NCBI GenBank assembly: GCA_963727445.1
Contig: CAVSGI010000010.1
Span: 992,001-1,056,000 of the forward strand
From: an uncultured delta proteobacterium
GTDB lineage: Bacteria; Myxococcota_A; Polyangia; Polyangiales; B10-G4
Direction: 5' to 3'
DNA length: 64,000 nucleotides
The first letter of the stretch is position 1, and every line of letters begins with the position of its first letter. The notes under the pieces are model-generated. The model saw only the letters and a program-made list of their open reading frames with translations, was not told the DNA's origin and ran no database searches. Of the stretch, positions 46,867-57,026 are shown in pieces. Position numbers and translations under genes: made by a program.

Positions 46867-48270
46867 TCAGGCAAAGAGCAGAAAGAGCCGGAAGAGCAGC
46901 CCCGCGAGGATCATCGCCGCCGGCAACGTCAGCACCCACGCCAGCGCGATCTTCTTCACCGTCCCGCCCTGAAGCCCCGAACCCTGGGCCACCATCGTCC
47001 CCGCGATGCCCGACGAGAGCACGTGGGTCGTGCTCACCGGCAGTCCGAAGAAGCTGCTCAAGCCGATCGACGCGGCGGCGACGACCTCGGCGGAAGCGCC
47101 CTGGCCATAGGACAGATGCGTCTTGCCGATCTTTTCGCCGACTGTCACCACGATGCGCTTCCACCCGATGGTGGTGCCGACGCCGAGCGCGAGCGCCACG
47201 GCGATCAACACCCAGAGCGGCGCGTACTCGGTGAGACCGCGCACCACCTCGCGGTCCGATGCCAGCTGCGCACGGCCGGCCTCGTCGAGATGGAGCGCGC
47301 CGGACGCGAGCAGAGCGTCGATGTCATCCTCCGCGACCAGGATGTCGGCGCGCATGGGAAAGCGGGCCTCGGCGGGGATCGCAGCCACGCTCTCGTGCGC
47401 GGCGAGGCGCTCACGCAGATCCACGAGGTGGGCGCGGGCGCCTTCGACGTCGGCGCCCTCTGTCACGTGCGCGTCCAACAGCGTCTCCATCCGCTCGATG
47501 GCGCTCGCCGCGCGCTGGAGCTCGGCCCGACCGAGGGTGTCGTCGAGGGCGTAGCTCCCAGGCAACAGACCGATGAGGATCAACATGATGAGGCCCACGC
47601 CCTTCTGCCCGTCGTTGCTCCCGTGGGCGAAGCTGACGCTGGCGCAGGTGGCGACGAGGATCGCGCGCGTGCTCCCCGGCGGAGGCTCGCCCTGCTTCGC
47701 GGGCGCCGTCATCTTTCCGTCGCGGTCGAAGCGCTTGCCGAACGCGTAGAGCAGGTAGGAGAGGCCGAAGCCGACCAGCGGGCTGAGCAGGAGCGAGAGG
47801 CCGACCTCGACCGACTTGTCCCAATCGACGCCGTCGCCGAAGACGTGGCCCGGCAGCGTCGAATGCGCGAGGCCGCACCCCAGGATGGCCCCGATCAAAG
47901 TGTGTGAGCTGGACGCCGGCAGGCCGAGGTACCAGGTGCCGAGGTTCCAGAGCATGGCGGCGACGAGGAGCGCGAGCACCATCGCCAGTCCGGCCCCGGC
48001 TCCGCTCTCCACCAGGAGCTCGACGGGGAGCAGGTGGACGATGGCCATCGCCACCGCGATCCCGCCCGCGAAGACGCCGAGAAAATTGCAGAAGCCGGAG
48101 AGGATCACCGCGACCAGCGGTTTCAGGGTGTTCGTGTAGATGACGGTCGCCACCGCGTTGGCGGTGTCGTGGAAGCCGTTGACGAACTCGAAGCCGAGGG
48201 CGACCACGACGCTGGCGATCAAGAGGATCGCGCTCCCGGTCCCGAGGCTCCCGGCCATGAGGTGCTCCAC
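46867..48270 (-). CDS. Inorganic phosphate transporter (PiT family)
   Basis: NGFHDTANAVAT, GLPASSSH, HGSNDGQKG, GLPVSTTH, AWVLTLP. Confidence 0.95.
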   Translation of the reverse strand: MEHLMAGSLGTGSAILLIASVVVALGFEFVNGFHDTANAVATVIYTNTLKPLVAVILSGFCNFLGVFAGGIAVAMAIVHLLPVELLVESGAGAGLAMVLALLVAAMLWNLGTWYLGLPASSSHTLIGAILGCGLAHSTLPGHVFGDGVDWDKSVEVGLSLLLSPLVGFGLSYLLYAFGKRFDRDGKMTAPAKQGEPPPGSTRAILVATCASVSFAHGSNDGQKGVGLIMLILIGLLPGSYALDDTLGRAELQRAASAIERMETLLDAHVTEGADVEGARAHLVDLRERLAAHESVAAIPAEARFPMRADILVAEDDIDALLASGALHLDEAGRAQLASDREVVRGLTEYAPLWVLIAVALALGVGTTIGWKRIVVTVGEKIGKTHLSYGQGASAEVVAAASIGLSSFFGLPVSTTHVLSSGIAGTMVAQGSGLQGGTVKKIALAWVLTLPAAMILAGLLFRLFLLFA

Positions 48271-48321
48271 TCGCCGCGAGGGTATCGCGGGTCTCCGGTT
48301 TTTCGTACTCTCGCGCCTTCT

Positions 48322-49587
48322 GTGTCACGCGGTCCCTTTCAGTTCGATCAACCCGCAGAGCCCCCTCTCCAGATCGTGAAGGTCATCCCGACGGGAGAGC
48401 ATCGCCTCCCCGGAGACCTGGCGGAGCGGGTCGCCATCTACACCCCCCACGACGGGGGTGCGATCCCCGACCGCTACTACTACGGGCCGAACGGCGAGCC
48501 TCGGATCGATCCGGAGCGTCTCGTGTCGCGCTACGTGGCCGCGCGCGATTGGGGCGCCAACGCGGTCGCGCATCAGATCGCCGCGTCCCTGGGCCTCCCC
48601 CGCTACGCCCGCTGCCGCATCGCGCGGGTTCTCCTGGACTTCAACCGCTTTCCCGGGAGCACGCCGCCGGGCGAAAGCGACCCCCTCGAGGCCCTGGCCA
48701 TCGGTCCGCTCTACGCCAACGCCCTCAACCACGACGACAAGACCGATCTCCTCGAGACCTGCTACGACGCCATCAGCGAGGAGATGGAGAAGATCCTCGC
48801 CGAGAGCCTCATCGGCATCTCCATCCACACCTACGACGAAGAGCACGCGAGCACGACCAAGCGCGCGGACCTCAGCCTGATCAGCCTTCCGCTCAGCTAC
48901 CAGCGCGAGTCGCGGCTCACCTACGGCATCTTCGATCCGATGTATCCCGACCACCTCGCGGAGTCGACGTGCAGCCGCATCCTCCGCGACCGCGTCAGCC
49001 TGAACCTCGAGCGCACTGGCTTTCGCGTCACCCACAACCACCCCTACCCGGTCCCCGACGGCGGCATCGAGATGCGCGCGCAGGTGTGGCACTTCTTCCG
49101 TTTCTTGAGGAAGCGCTTCGAAGCCGCGAACCCGGACACCGTCGGCCAGCCCTCCTACGAAGCGGTGTGGACGATGCTCCTCGACACCAACCTTCGCCTG
49201 GCGGCAGCCGAGTCGCTTCGCAGCTTCCTCCACCGCTTCCGGCGGATCGCGCCCGAGCGGCGCGCTCATTTCGCCGAGGCGCTCGAGGCCTATCGGCACA
49301 TCAAGCGCTTCCTCGCCGAAACCGGCGCGGAGACCGACTACCGCCGCCATCCACAGCGCCCGAGCTCCCTGGGCATCGAGATCCGAAAGGATCTCGTCTG
49401 CTCCTTCGACCCGAAGACGGGTTACCCCAAGCGTCCCAACGACGAGCAGAAGCAGACGGTGAGGGAGATCGCCCAGGCCATCGCCCAGGCCATCGCGACC
49501 TACATCGACACCGACCGCCCCGCGTACGAGCAGACCGCGCGGGACAAGCCGCCGACGATGGTGCCGCCAGCGGAGGAGCTCGGGTAG
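48322..49587 (+). CDS. N-formylglutamate amidohydrolase-like protein
   Basis: TPHDG, RDWGA, RVLLDFNR, SIHTYD, NHPY, IEIRKDL; start uncertain. Confidence 0.7.
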   Translation: MSRGPFQFDQPAEPPLQIVKVIPTGEHRLPGDLAERVAIYTPHDGGAIPDRYYYGPNGEPRIDPERLVSRYVAARDWGANAVAHQIAASLGLPRYARCRIARVLLDFNRFPGSTPPGESDPLEALAIGPLYANALNHDDKTDLLETCYDAISEEMEKILAESLIGISIHTYDEEHASTTKRADLSLISLPLSYQRESRLTYGIFDPMYPDHLAESTCSRILRDRVSLNLERTGFRVTHNHPYPVPDGGIEMRAQVWHFFRFLRKRFEAANPDTVGQPSYEAVWTMLLDTNLRLAAAESLRSFLHRFRRIAPERRAHFAEALEAYRHIKRFLAETGAETDYRRHPQRPSSLGIEIRKDLVCSFDPKTGYPKRPNDEQKQTVREIAQAIAQAIATYIDTDRPAYEQTARDKPPTMVPPAEELG

Positions 49588-49599
49588 ACTCCCGACGAC

Positions 49600-50061
49600 A
49601 TGTCATTGGCCAAGCACATCTTCGTCGCCACCGACTTCTCGGAGGGCTCCGATGCCGCCGTCGACGCGGCCGCCGAGCTCGCGCGCGCCTCGGGAGCGCA
49701 GGTCACGCTCTTCCACGCGTTCGATCCCGATCCGCTGATCCCGCCGGGGGCGATCCCCAACCCCGCACAGTTCCGCGAGAAGATCGTGAACGAGATGCAC
49801 TCGGCGGTGAAGAAGTCACTCGAGGAGACCGCCGCCGAGAGGCTCGCCGGAATCGACGGCGTCGAGTGTGTGGTCGCCGAAGACAGCTCCGCGGCCCGCG
49901 CGATCTGCGACGCCGCGAAGAAGGCGGGCGCCGACCTGATCGTCGTCTCGACGCAGGGCCGGACCGGTCTCGCCCACTTGTTGATCGGCAGCGTCGCCGA
50001 GCGTGTCGTACGTCACGCACACACCACCGTGCTCACCGTACGTGGGCCGGCGAAGAAGTAG
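49600..50061 (+). CDS. Universal stress protein
   Basis: IFVATDFSE...ADLIVV..GRTG..LIGSVAERVVRHA. Confidence 0.95.
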   Translation: MSLAKHIFVATDFSEGSDAAVDAAAELARASGAQVTLFHAFDPDPLIPPGAIPNPAQFREKIVNEMHSAVKKSLEETAAERLAGIDGVECVVAEDSSAARAICDAAKKAGADLIVVSTQGRTGLAHLLIGSVAERVVRHAHTTVLTVRGPAKK

Positions 50062-50070
50062 GAGAACACC

Positions 50071-51474
50071 CTGAAAATCGAATTCATCGGTGCCGCGCAG
50101 ACCGTCACCGGGTCCATGCACCTGGTGCACACGCCGCACGCGAAGGTCCTGCTCGACTGTGGGCTCTACCAGGGTCGCCGCGACGAGAGCATCGAGCGCA
50201 ACAAGAACCTGCCGGTTCCGGTCCGCGACCTCGACGCTGTCTGCCTGAGCCACGCGCACATCGATCACTCGGGCGCGTTGCCGCTGCTCTACAAGAAGGG
50301 CTACCGCGGCCCGATCTACACGACAGCCGCCACGCGAGACCTGTGCACCGCGATGCTTCAGGACGCGGCGATGATCCAGGAGGCCGACGCCCGCCACATC
50401 GCCAAGATGATCAAGCGCGATCACGCCAAGGTCCGGCCGGTGGAGCCGCTCTACAACAGCTACGACGCCATCGGCGTCACCAAGCTCTTCCGGACCATCA
50501 ACTACCGCCACAGAGAGCCCGTCGCCGACGGGGTGTGGGTGACCTTCCTCGACGCGGGGCACGTGCTCGGCAGCTCGATCGTCTGCCTCGACGTGGACGA
50601 CGTGGGCGAGATGAAGCGCATCGTCTTCACCGGCGACCTGGGTCGCCGTCACATGCCGATCCTCAAGGATCCGGAGATCCCGGAAAACGCGAACTTCCTG
50701 ATCACCGAGAGCACCTACGGCGATCGCGAGCACGAGCCGATCGAGCGGATGGAAGACGATCTCCTCGACGTGGTGAAGCGCACCATCGAGCGGCGGGGCA
50801 AGGTGATCATCCCCTCCTTCGCCCTGGAGCGCGCCCAGGAGGTCGTCTACTCGCTGAAGCGCCTCAAGGATCAGGGTCGGCTCCCGAAGGTGCCGGTCTA
50901 CGTCGACTCGCCGCTCACGGTGAAGCTCACCGAGGTCTTTCGCGATCACCCGGAGTGCTACGACAAGGAAGCGCGTCTGATGATCGAGGGCGAGAACTCG
51001 CCCTTCGACTTCGACGGCCTCACCTATGTGGAGTCGGTCGAGGACAGCAAGGCGATCGACCACTCACCCGACCCCTGCATCATCATCTCCGCGAGCGGCA
51101 TGTGCGAGTTCGGTCGCGTGGTCCATCACCTGAAGGCGTTCCTCGGGCAGAAGGAGAACACTGTCGTCATCGTGGGATGGCAGGCGCCCCACACCCTCGG
51201 TCGTCGCCTGGTCGAAGGGCGCACCCGGGTGCGCGTCTTCGGTGTCGAGCAGGAGAGGCGCGCCGAGGTGCGCGTGCTCAACGGCTTCAGCGCCCACGCC
51301 GACCAGAGCGATCTGCTCGACTTCGCCGAGGCGGTGCGCGAGCGGGGGCCTCTGCGTCAGGTCGCCCTGGTCCACGGTGAGCCCAAGGCGCAGCACGTGC
51401 TCGAGCAGGCCCTCGAGGAGAGACACTTCCCACAGGTGATCATCCCCGAGGCCGGAGACACGGCCGAGCTCTGA
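50071..51474 (+). CDS. MBL-fold beta-CASP ribonuclease (YSH1-like), apparent CTG start
   Basis: (M)KIEFIGAAQTVTGS, DCGLYQG, SHAHIDHSG, AGHVLGS, ESTYG, SASGMC, FSAHAD, VHGE. Confidence 0.9.
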   Translation: MKIEFIGAAQTVTGSMHLVHTPHAKVLLDCGLYQGRRDESIERNKNLPVPVRDLDAVCLSHAHIDHSGALPLLYKKGYRGPIYTTAATRDLCTAMLQDAAMIQEADARHIAKMIKRDHAKVRPVEPLYNSYDAIGVTKLFRTINYRHREPVADGVWVTFLDAGHVLGSSIVCLDVDDVGEMKRIVFTGDLGRRHMPILKDPEIPENANFLITESTYGDREHEPIERMEDDLLDVVKRTIERRGKVIIPSFALERAQEVVYSLKRLKDQGRLPKVPVYVDSPLTVKLTEVFRDHPECYDKEARLMIEGENSPFDFDGLTYVESVEDSKAIDHSPDPCIIISASGMCEFGRVVHHLKAFLGQKENTVVIVGWQAPHTLGRRLVEGRTRVRVFGVEQERRAEVRVLNGFSAHADQSDLLDFAEAVRERGPLRQVALVHGEPKAQHVLEQALEERHFPQVIIPEAGDTAEL

Positions 51475-51529
51475 CCCTCCGGCGGAGGCTGGTGGCCATC
51501 CGGCTCGGCCTCTGGGATAAAGCACGGTC

Positions 51530-52618
51530 ATGTCCGACCGGGTCCCTCCTCCGCCGCCGAAGCCCGATCAGCTTCGCCGCATGCCGCCCCCGCCGCCGCC
51601 TCCCGCCGTGCGTCCGTCGGCACCCAAAGCGCCACCGCCGCCCATCCCCGCGACCGGACGGCCTTCGACGCAGCAGAAGGTGGCGCTGACGGTGAGCGCT
51701 CTCGAGCTCAGGGACGAGCAGGTCGAGGCGAAGATCCAGTTCTACAACGCCGACCAGCGCACCAACGCCGAGCTCGACGCGATCACCGATCAGATCGTGG
51801 CGGAGCTCCAAGCGCTCAAGAAGAAGGACGGCCCCAGCAACGAGGCGGCGCCGGACGTCGAAGTCGAGCTCATCCACAGCCTGCGGGTCTTGCTCGAGAA
51901 GCTCTTCTCGCCGCAGCGGACGGGCTTTCTCAACCGCAAGGTGCAGGACGTTCAGCGGCGGATCACCCAGCTCTTCTTCAGCTCGGAGCTCTACGCTCAA
52001 ATCTCGCGCCGCTCACAGGTCGTGCAGGAGGCGACCTGGCCCGAGCAGGCGCTGTACTTCGCGCTCAAGCGACACGAGCGGGAGATCCTCGCCGAGCTGG
52101 GGTCGATGTCCGTCGCCGACGAGGTGGTGCGCGCGGGGGCGACCGACCGGCTGAACGCCTTCACCAAGCGTCTCTGCACGGACTTCTTGTCGAAGGCCAC
52201 CCCCGAGCTCGAGAGCCTGCTCAGGATCTACAGCGAGGAGCTGACCCGCTTCTTCTACCGAGACTTTCCGGAGGGCCTCGGCGAGTTCTGTTGGGAGGTG
52301 ATCCGCGAGTCGCGCGTCGCGCGCGGCCACCGCCTCGGCTACAAGATCACCGCGGACAAGTTCGACGCTTTCCGCACTACCTTCGACAAGAAGCTCCTCG
52401 AGCGACTCGTCTTCCACGTTCAGGAGCCCATCGCCAAGCGCGCGGCCGAGGGCGAAGAGGACTTCCGCGACGCGACCTTGCGCTTCGTGTCCAACCCGGA
52501 GATCCACGTGCAGATCTGCGCCGCGATCAACGACGCGGTCTACGACTACCTTCACGGCGAGGGTTACCTGGACCTGCCGGAAGGCTGGCAGCGAGCGCTG
52601 TCGCGCGGCCGGCGCTGA
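51530..52618 (+). CDS. Hypothetical protein with Pro-rich N-terminus
   Basis: Long ORF with host-like codon usage, co-directional with the upstream genes. Confidence 0.75.
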   Translation: MSDRVPPPPPKPDQLRRMPPPPPPPAVRPSAPKAPPPPIPATGRPSTQQKVALTVSALELRDEQVEAKIQFYNADQRTNAELDAITDQIVAELQALKKKDGPSNEAAPDVEVELIHSLRVLLEKLFSPQRTGFLNRKVQDVQRRITQLFFSSELYAQISRRSQVVQEATWPEQALYFALKRHEREILAELGSMSVADEVVRAGATDRLNAFTKRLCTDFLSKATPELESLLRIYSEELTRFFYRDFPEGLGEFCWEVIRESRVARGHRLGYKITADKFDAFRTTFDKKLLERLVFHVQEPIAKRAAEGEEDFRDATLRFVSNPEIHVQICAAINDAVYDYLHGEGYLDLPEGWQRALSRGRR

Positions 52619-52630
52619 AACGGGGCGCGT

Positions 52631-54201
52631 TCAGGGGAGCGCGCAGCCGCCAGCGCCGACGTTCAAGCGCTCGTGGACGCTGCTGCACGTGGCCCCCGGG
52701 AAGCTCGCTTCGTCGTTGACGCCGTCGACGATCGCGCCGCAGGGGAAGGCGCCGGTCGACGGATCCCATAGCGGCTCGTCGGTGAGCACTCCATCCACGT
52801 AGCGGTTCACGACGCTCGCCCCGATGTCCTGGCCGCCCGCGCCGGCGCCGCGCATCGGAGACGAGCCGGGGAGGTAGGCGCGGCAGGCGCCGAGGGCGGG
52901 ATCCGTGGTCCCGAGCCCCATGGGCGCGAACATGGGATCGATCTCGGCCGTCGTGCCGAAGGTGTTGCTCGACAGGACGCTGCCTTCGGCCTGGTCGCTG
53001 ATCGTGTACGCGGCGTCGGAGGTGCCGACGTCGAGGGCGTTGACGACAAGGAAGGACGAGTCGTCGACGGCCGCGTTGTCGGAGCTCACCTGAAAGACGA
53101 AGGCGTCGTCGCGGGCGCCGATGGAGGTGACGTTGCGCAGCACGACCCCCTCGGCGGCGTTCATGTTGAAGCCGTCGGAGGCGTCGACCGCGACGCTGTC
53201 GACGATCTCCAGGTCTCGGACGTGGTGCAGCTCCGGGCATGGATCCATGTCGTCGCAGTAGCTTCGCGCGCCGAAGCCCGCGCTGTTGGACTCGAGTGAG
53301 ATACTCCCGAGGATGCGCGTGCCCGTCGCCGCACGAGGAGCGCCCAGCACGCCTTCCGACCCGATGACGTTGAAAGGCTCGCACACCTTCTCGACGATGA
53401 CGTTCTCGATGGTCACATCGAAGCTCCCGTTGACCCACATGCCGTAGTCGGCGCTGTCGGTGCAGCAACAGTTGAACGCGGGATCCGGGAGGTTGGGGGT
53501 GTCGCGCCCGTTGACGTAGACCCGCCGCGCGGTGACGTGCTCCGAGCCGTGAAGATCACCGCCCCACGATGGAAGTCGTAGATCTCCGAGTCCTCGAGGA
53601 GCACGTACTGGGAGGTCCCCAGGAAGACCACGTGTCCGTTCGGCCACCGATTCAGGGTGTGGAAGAGCATGTTTCGCATCACGATGTGATCCGAGTCGGT
53701 CACCAGGCCGATGTTCGAGTAGTCGGTCGTCTCCTCGTCCCGCTGGTGCGCTTCGAAGCCGTCGATGACGACGTAGCTGCATCCGCGCACAAGCACGGCT
53801 TCCTGGAGGTTCGACAGCTCGACCGACCGCGGCGTCTCCGCGCGCACCGTGATCGGCCGGCCGCGCTCCCCGCTCGGACACGGCGCCCCGTCGCAGCTGT
53901 CGTTCTGGCAGTCGTAGGCGAGCCGCGAGGTGAAGACGCTGCCCTCCTTCACGACGAGCGTATCCCCCGGCGCGAGCTGCGCGATCGCGTGCGACCAGCT
54001 GGCGAAGGGTGCGGATTCGCTTCCGTCGGCGGAATCGTCACCATCGTCGGCGATCCAGAAGGTGCGCCCGGGCGGGGCCGCATCGGCATCGCCACCCACG
54101 TCGGCAGCGTCCAGGCCGGCGTCGGCCGAGGCATCGACGCTCGTCGCGTCGTCCCCACAGCCCCACAAAAGGAAGGCCGCGGAAAGCCAGGCCACTCTCA
54201 T
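52631..54201 (-). pseudogene. Right-handed beta-helix (pectin lyase-like) lipoprotein, one frameshift as assembled
   Basis: Lipobox LWGC; GDDSADGSESAPFAS...PGDTLVVKEG; short beta repeats; GQDIGA; -1 shift at about 53552. Confidence 0.7.
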
Positions 54202-54227
54202 GCCCCGACTGTAGCAGAGGGCCCCTC

Positions 54228-54812
54228 TCAGAGGGGGTGAAGCTCGAGGACGCAGTCGAGGCAGTCGGTTACGATGACGCCGGGCGAGTAGGTTCCCATG
54301 CAGGTGACGGGGACTGGATCGGTGATGTTGATGGTGACCGTGGATCCGTCGATGGTGGCGGTTCCGGAGTAGCTCGGCGTCGAGAACTCGAAGTCGCAGC
54401 CACCGAGGGACCGAATGGTGAACACCTCCTCGCCGGCGGGATAGGCGCAGCTCATCACGTTCTGCCACATCCCGCTGACGTCATCGCAGGTGGAGACGCT
54501 GGTGTCGGGGCGGGTGTCCGTTCCCGTGTCGCGGGGTGGCACGGACGTGTCGGTGCGGATGCCGGTGTCGGTCGCGCCGTCCCGGACGCTGCCGTCCGGA
54601 AGACCACCATCGGGGACCACACCTTCACACGCAGGCGCGGCCGCGCAGTCCGGATCGTCGCAGTCGTAGAGGCGGTCGCCATCGTTGTCGGCGCCATCGG
54701 AGCACTCTCCGGCGTTCATCCCTTCGGTCCGGCCAGGGGCGCGACGGGAGCTGCCCTTGCACGCGGAGGCCAGCAGGCAGACAGCGAAGACGAAGAAAGC
54801 GAGGCGTTTCAT
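54228..54812 (-). CDS. Cys-rich lipoprotein
   Basis: Lipobox ASAC; CSDGADNDGDRLYDCDDPDC repeat; DT-rich linker. Confidence 0.75.
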   Translation of the reverse strand: MKRLAFFVFAVCLLASACKGSSRRAPGRTEGMNAGECSDGADNDGDRLYDCDDPDCAAAPACEGVVPDGGLPDGSVRDGATDTGIRTDTSVPPRDTGTDTRPDTSVSTCDDVSGMWQNVMSCAYPAGEEVFTIRSLGGCDFEFSTPSYSGTATIDGSTVTINITDPVPVTCMGTYSPGVIVTDCLDCVLELHPL

Positions 54813-54948
54813 GACGATCAGTGGATAGCGGGATCGGAGGTCCCCCGCACGCTGATACGGCTCACTGCTCCGAAAAATTCCGCCTCATCGGCCCGATCGC
54901 AGAGATCCGTATCTGTGGCCGGCGCCGAAGCTCGAACGCCCGGCCGCA

Positions 54949-55087
54949 CGTGAGGACCCCGAGGGGCATCGGAGCGGTCGGGGATCGGGCGACGACGATT
55001 GACCACAGCACTGCGCGGTTCCCGAAACAAACGGGTGCTCCCACCCCCCCGACCCCACGACCGCCTCGACCCCTCGGGGTCCTCACG
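54949..55087. repeat. Long hairpin with 18-bp perfect terminal inverted repeat
   Basis: CGTGAGGACCCCGAGGGG (54949-54966) pairs with 55070-55087; imperfect inner pairing. Confidence 0.7.
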
Positions 55088-55435
55088 CACGGCCTCCGGT
55101 GGTCATCAATGGCGCAACTGGTCATTGCTGGTGGTGGCCTCGGCGGTCTGGAGCGCAGCCATGGTCTCGCGCGCCGATCCCACGGCATCGCCATACCTTG
55201 CGCCGGCGTTCATCATTCAGCTCCTTCGCTCGACAAAGCGTCCCCCCGCCGCCGCGCGCAGGCCGGGTCAAGGCCGTCAGCCGCGCGAAGCGCGGGCGGG
55301 CCGCCACCCCGTGGCGGCCCGAGCGTTGACGCGGCCGAGCACAGCGGCACCCTCGAGGCGCCCCGAGCGAAGGAGCCTCACCCATCCCACAAAGCAGGCG
55401 AGTTCGAGCCGAAGGCGATGAAGAGCCACCCGCGG

Positions 55436-55495
55436 ACGGCCACGGCCACGGTGACGGCCACGGCCACGGTTACGGCCACGGCCACGGTTACGGCC
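55436..55495. repeat. Hexamer tandem repeat (ACGGCC/ACGGTK) x10
   Basis: Read directly; overlaps the permease stop codon. Confidence 0.85.
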
Positions 55496-57026
55496 CCGCC
55501 GCCGCCCCCGCCAAGAACTCCTCCGCCACCGCCCTCGCCGTCTCCCCCCGCTCGTCCACCGCCCGGTTCAGCGCCCGCATCGCCTGATTGTCGATGGCCC
55601 CTTCCAGACCTCGCAGCGCCGCGATCACCTCCGGCTCCTCCCGCGCCAGCCGCTCGCTGGCCAGCACGATGGCGTCGTAGGGCGGAATGGCGTGGCGGTC
55701 GTCCTCGAGGACCCGCAGCCCGTACGCGTCGATGCGCCCATCGGTCGAATAGGCGCTGATCACGTCGACGCTCTCGTTCTCGATCGCCTCGTACATGAGC
55801 GACGGATCCATCACGCGTTGCTCCGCGAACGCGAGGTCGTAGCTCTCCTCGATGCTCTGCCACTCGGGCCGCTCGAAGAACTCGAAGTCGCCGCCGATCG
55901 ACATGGCGAGCGCGAGCACGCCCAGATCCGAGATGCGCGAGACGCCGTCCGCTTCGGCGGCGCTCTCCTTCATCGCGAGGCAATAAGCGTTTTCGAAACC
56001 GAGCGCCGCGACGAGGACCACGCCGTACTCCGACTCGAGGCGCTCGCCCACCTCGCGGAGCATCGCCTCCCGATCCGCCGGCACCTCGTCCTCCCCCAGG
56101 ACCGTCGCCCAGATCGTGCCGCTGTAGTCCACGTAGACGTCGATCTCGCCCTGCCGGAGCGCGTCGAAGGCGACGGTGGAACCGAGGGAAGCCACGGTCT
56201 CGGTCGGGCGATCGGTCTCGGCGCTGACGTGCTGCGCCAGGATCTCCGCCAGCACGTACTGCTCGGTGAAGGTCTTGGCGCCGATGCGGATCGGCTGGTC
56301 ACCGCCCATCGACACCACCGAGCCGACGCTGCTCACGAACGCGAAGAGGTAGAGCGCGGCGATCCCGCCGGCGCCCAGACGGACCAAAGTCGCGTGCCGC
56401 TGACGAAGCCCGACCTCCACCGAGCGCACCAGAAGATCGAGGAGCTGCGCCAACAGCGCCGCGGCCACGCAGCCGACCAGCACCGCGGTGTAGTTGCGCA
56501 TCTGCAGGCCGCCGAAGATGTAGTTGCCGAGACTGGGCGCCCCGACCGGCGTCGAGAGCGTCGCCATCCCGACGCACCACACGGTCGATGTCCGGAGCCC
56601 GGAGACGATCACCGGCAGCGCCAGGGGCAGCTCGACCATCCGGAGCCGCTGGCGATCCGTCATCCCCACCCCGCGCGCGGCTTCGACCATCGCCGGGTCG
56701 ACCTCCTTCACGCCAGTGATGGTCCCCATGAGGATCGGGAAGATGCAGTAGAGCGTCAGCCCGATGATGGCGGGTGTGTAGCCGATCCCGCTGGCGCCGA
56801 GGAAGGCCAGGAGCGGCACCATGATGGCGAGCATCGCGAGCCCCGGCACCGTCTGGATCACGCTCGCCGTGCCCACCGCGATCTTCTCGAGGGTCGGGAT
56901 CCGCGTGGAGGCGATCCCCAGCGGCACGCTGATCACCGTGGCGACGAGCAACGACAAGAGGGACAGCCCCAGATGCGCCGACAGGAGCTCCGGGAGTTGG
57001 TCGAGCTGCTCGAGGAGCCCGTCCAT
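55488..57026 (-). CDS. Osmoprotectant (glycine betaine/choline) ABC transporter, permease + substrate-binding fusion
   Basis: QTVPGLA, EAARGVGM, ELPLALP; IGAKTFTEQ, GFENAY, YSTDG, LEDDR..PPYDA. Confidence 0.93.
   Translation of the reverse strand: MDGLLEQLDQLPELLSAHLGLSLLSLLVATVISVPLGIASTRIPTLEKIAVGTASVIQTVPGLAMLAIMVPLLAFLGASGIGYTPAIIGLTLYCIFPILMGTITGVKEVDPAMVEAARGVGMTDRQRLRMVELPLALPVIVSGLRTSTVWCVGMATLSTPVGAPSLGNYIFGGLQMRNYTAVLVGCVAAALLAQLLDLLVRSVEVGLRQRHATLVRLGAGGIAALYLFAFVSSVGSVVSMGGDQPIRIGAKTFTEQYVLAEILAQHVSAETDRPTETVASLGSTVAFDALRQGEIDVYVDYSGTIWATVLGEDEVPADREAMLREVGERLESEYGVVLVAALGFENAYCLAMKESAAEADGVSRISDLGVLALAMSIGGDFEFFERPEWQSIEESYDLAFAEQRVMDPSLMYEAIENESVDVISAYSTDGRIDAYGLRVLEDDRHAIPPYDAIVLASERLAREEPEVIAALRGLEGAIDNQAMRALNRAVDERGETARAVAEEFLAGAAAGP

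Noticed and set aside
48549..51380. 943-aa ORF
   Set aside because: Alternative-frame, Arg-rich shadow of three real genes
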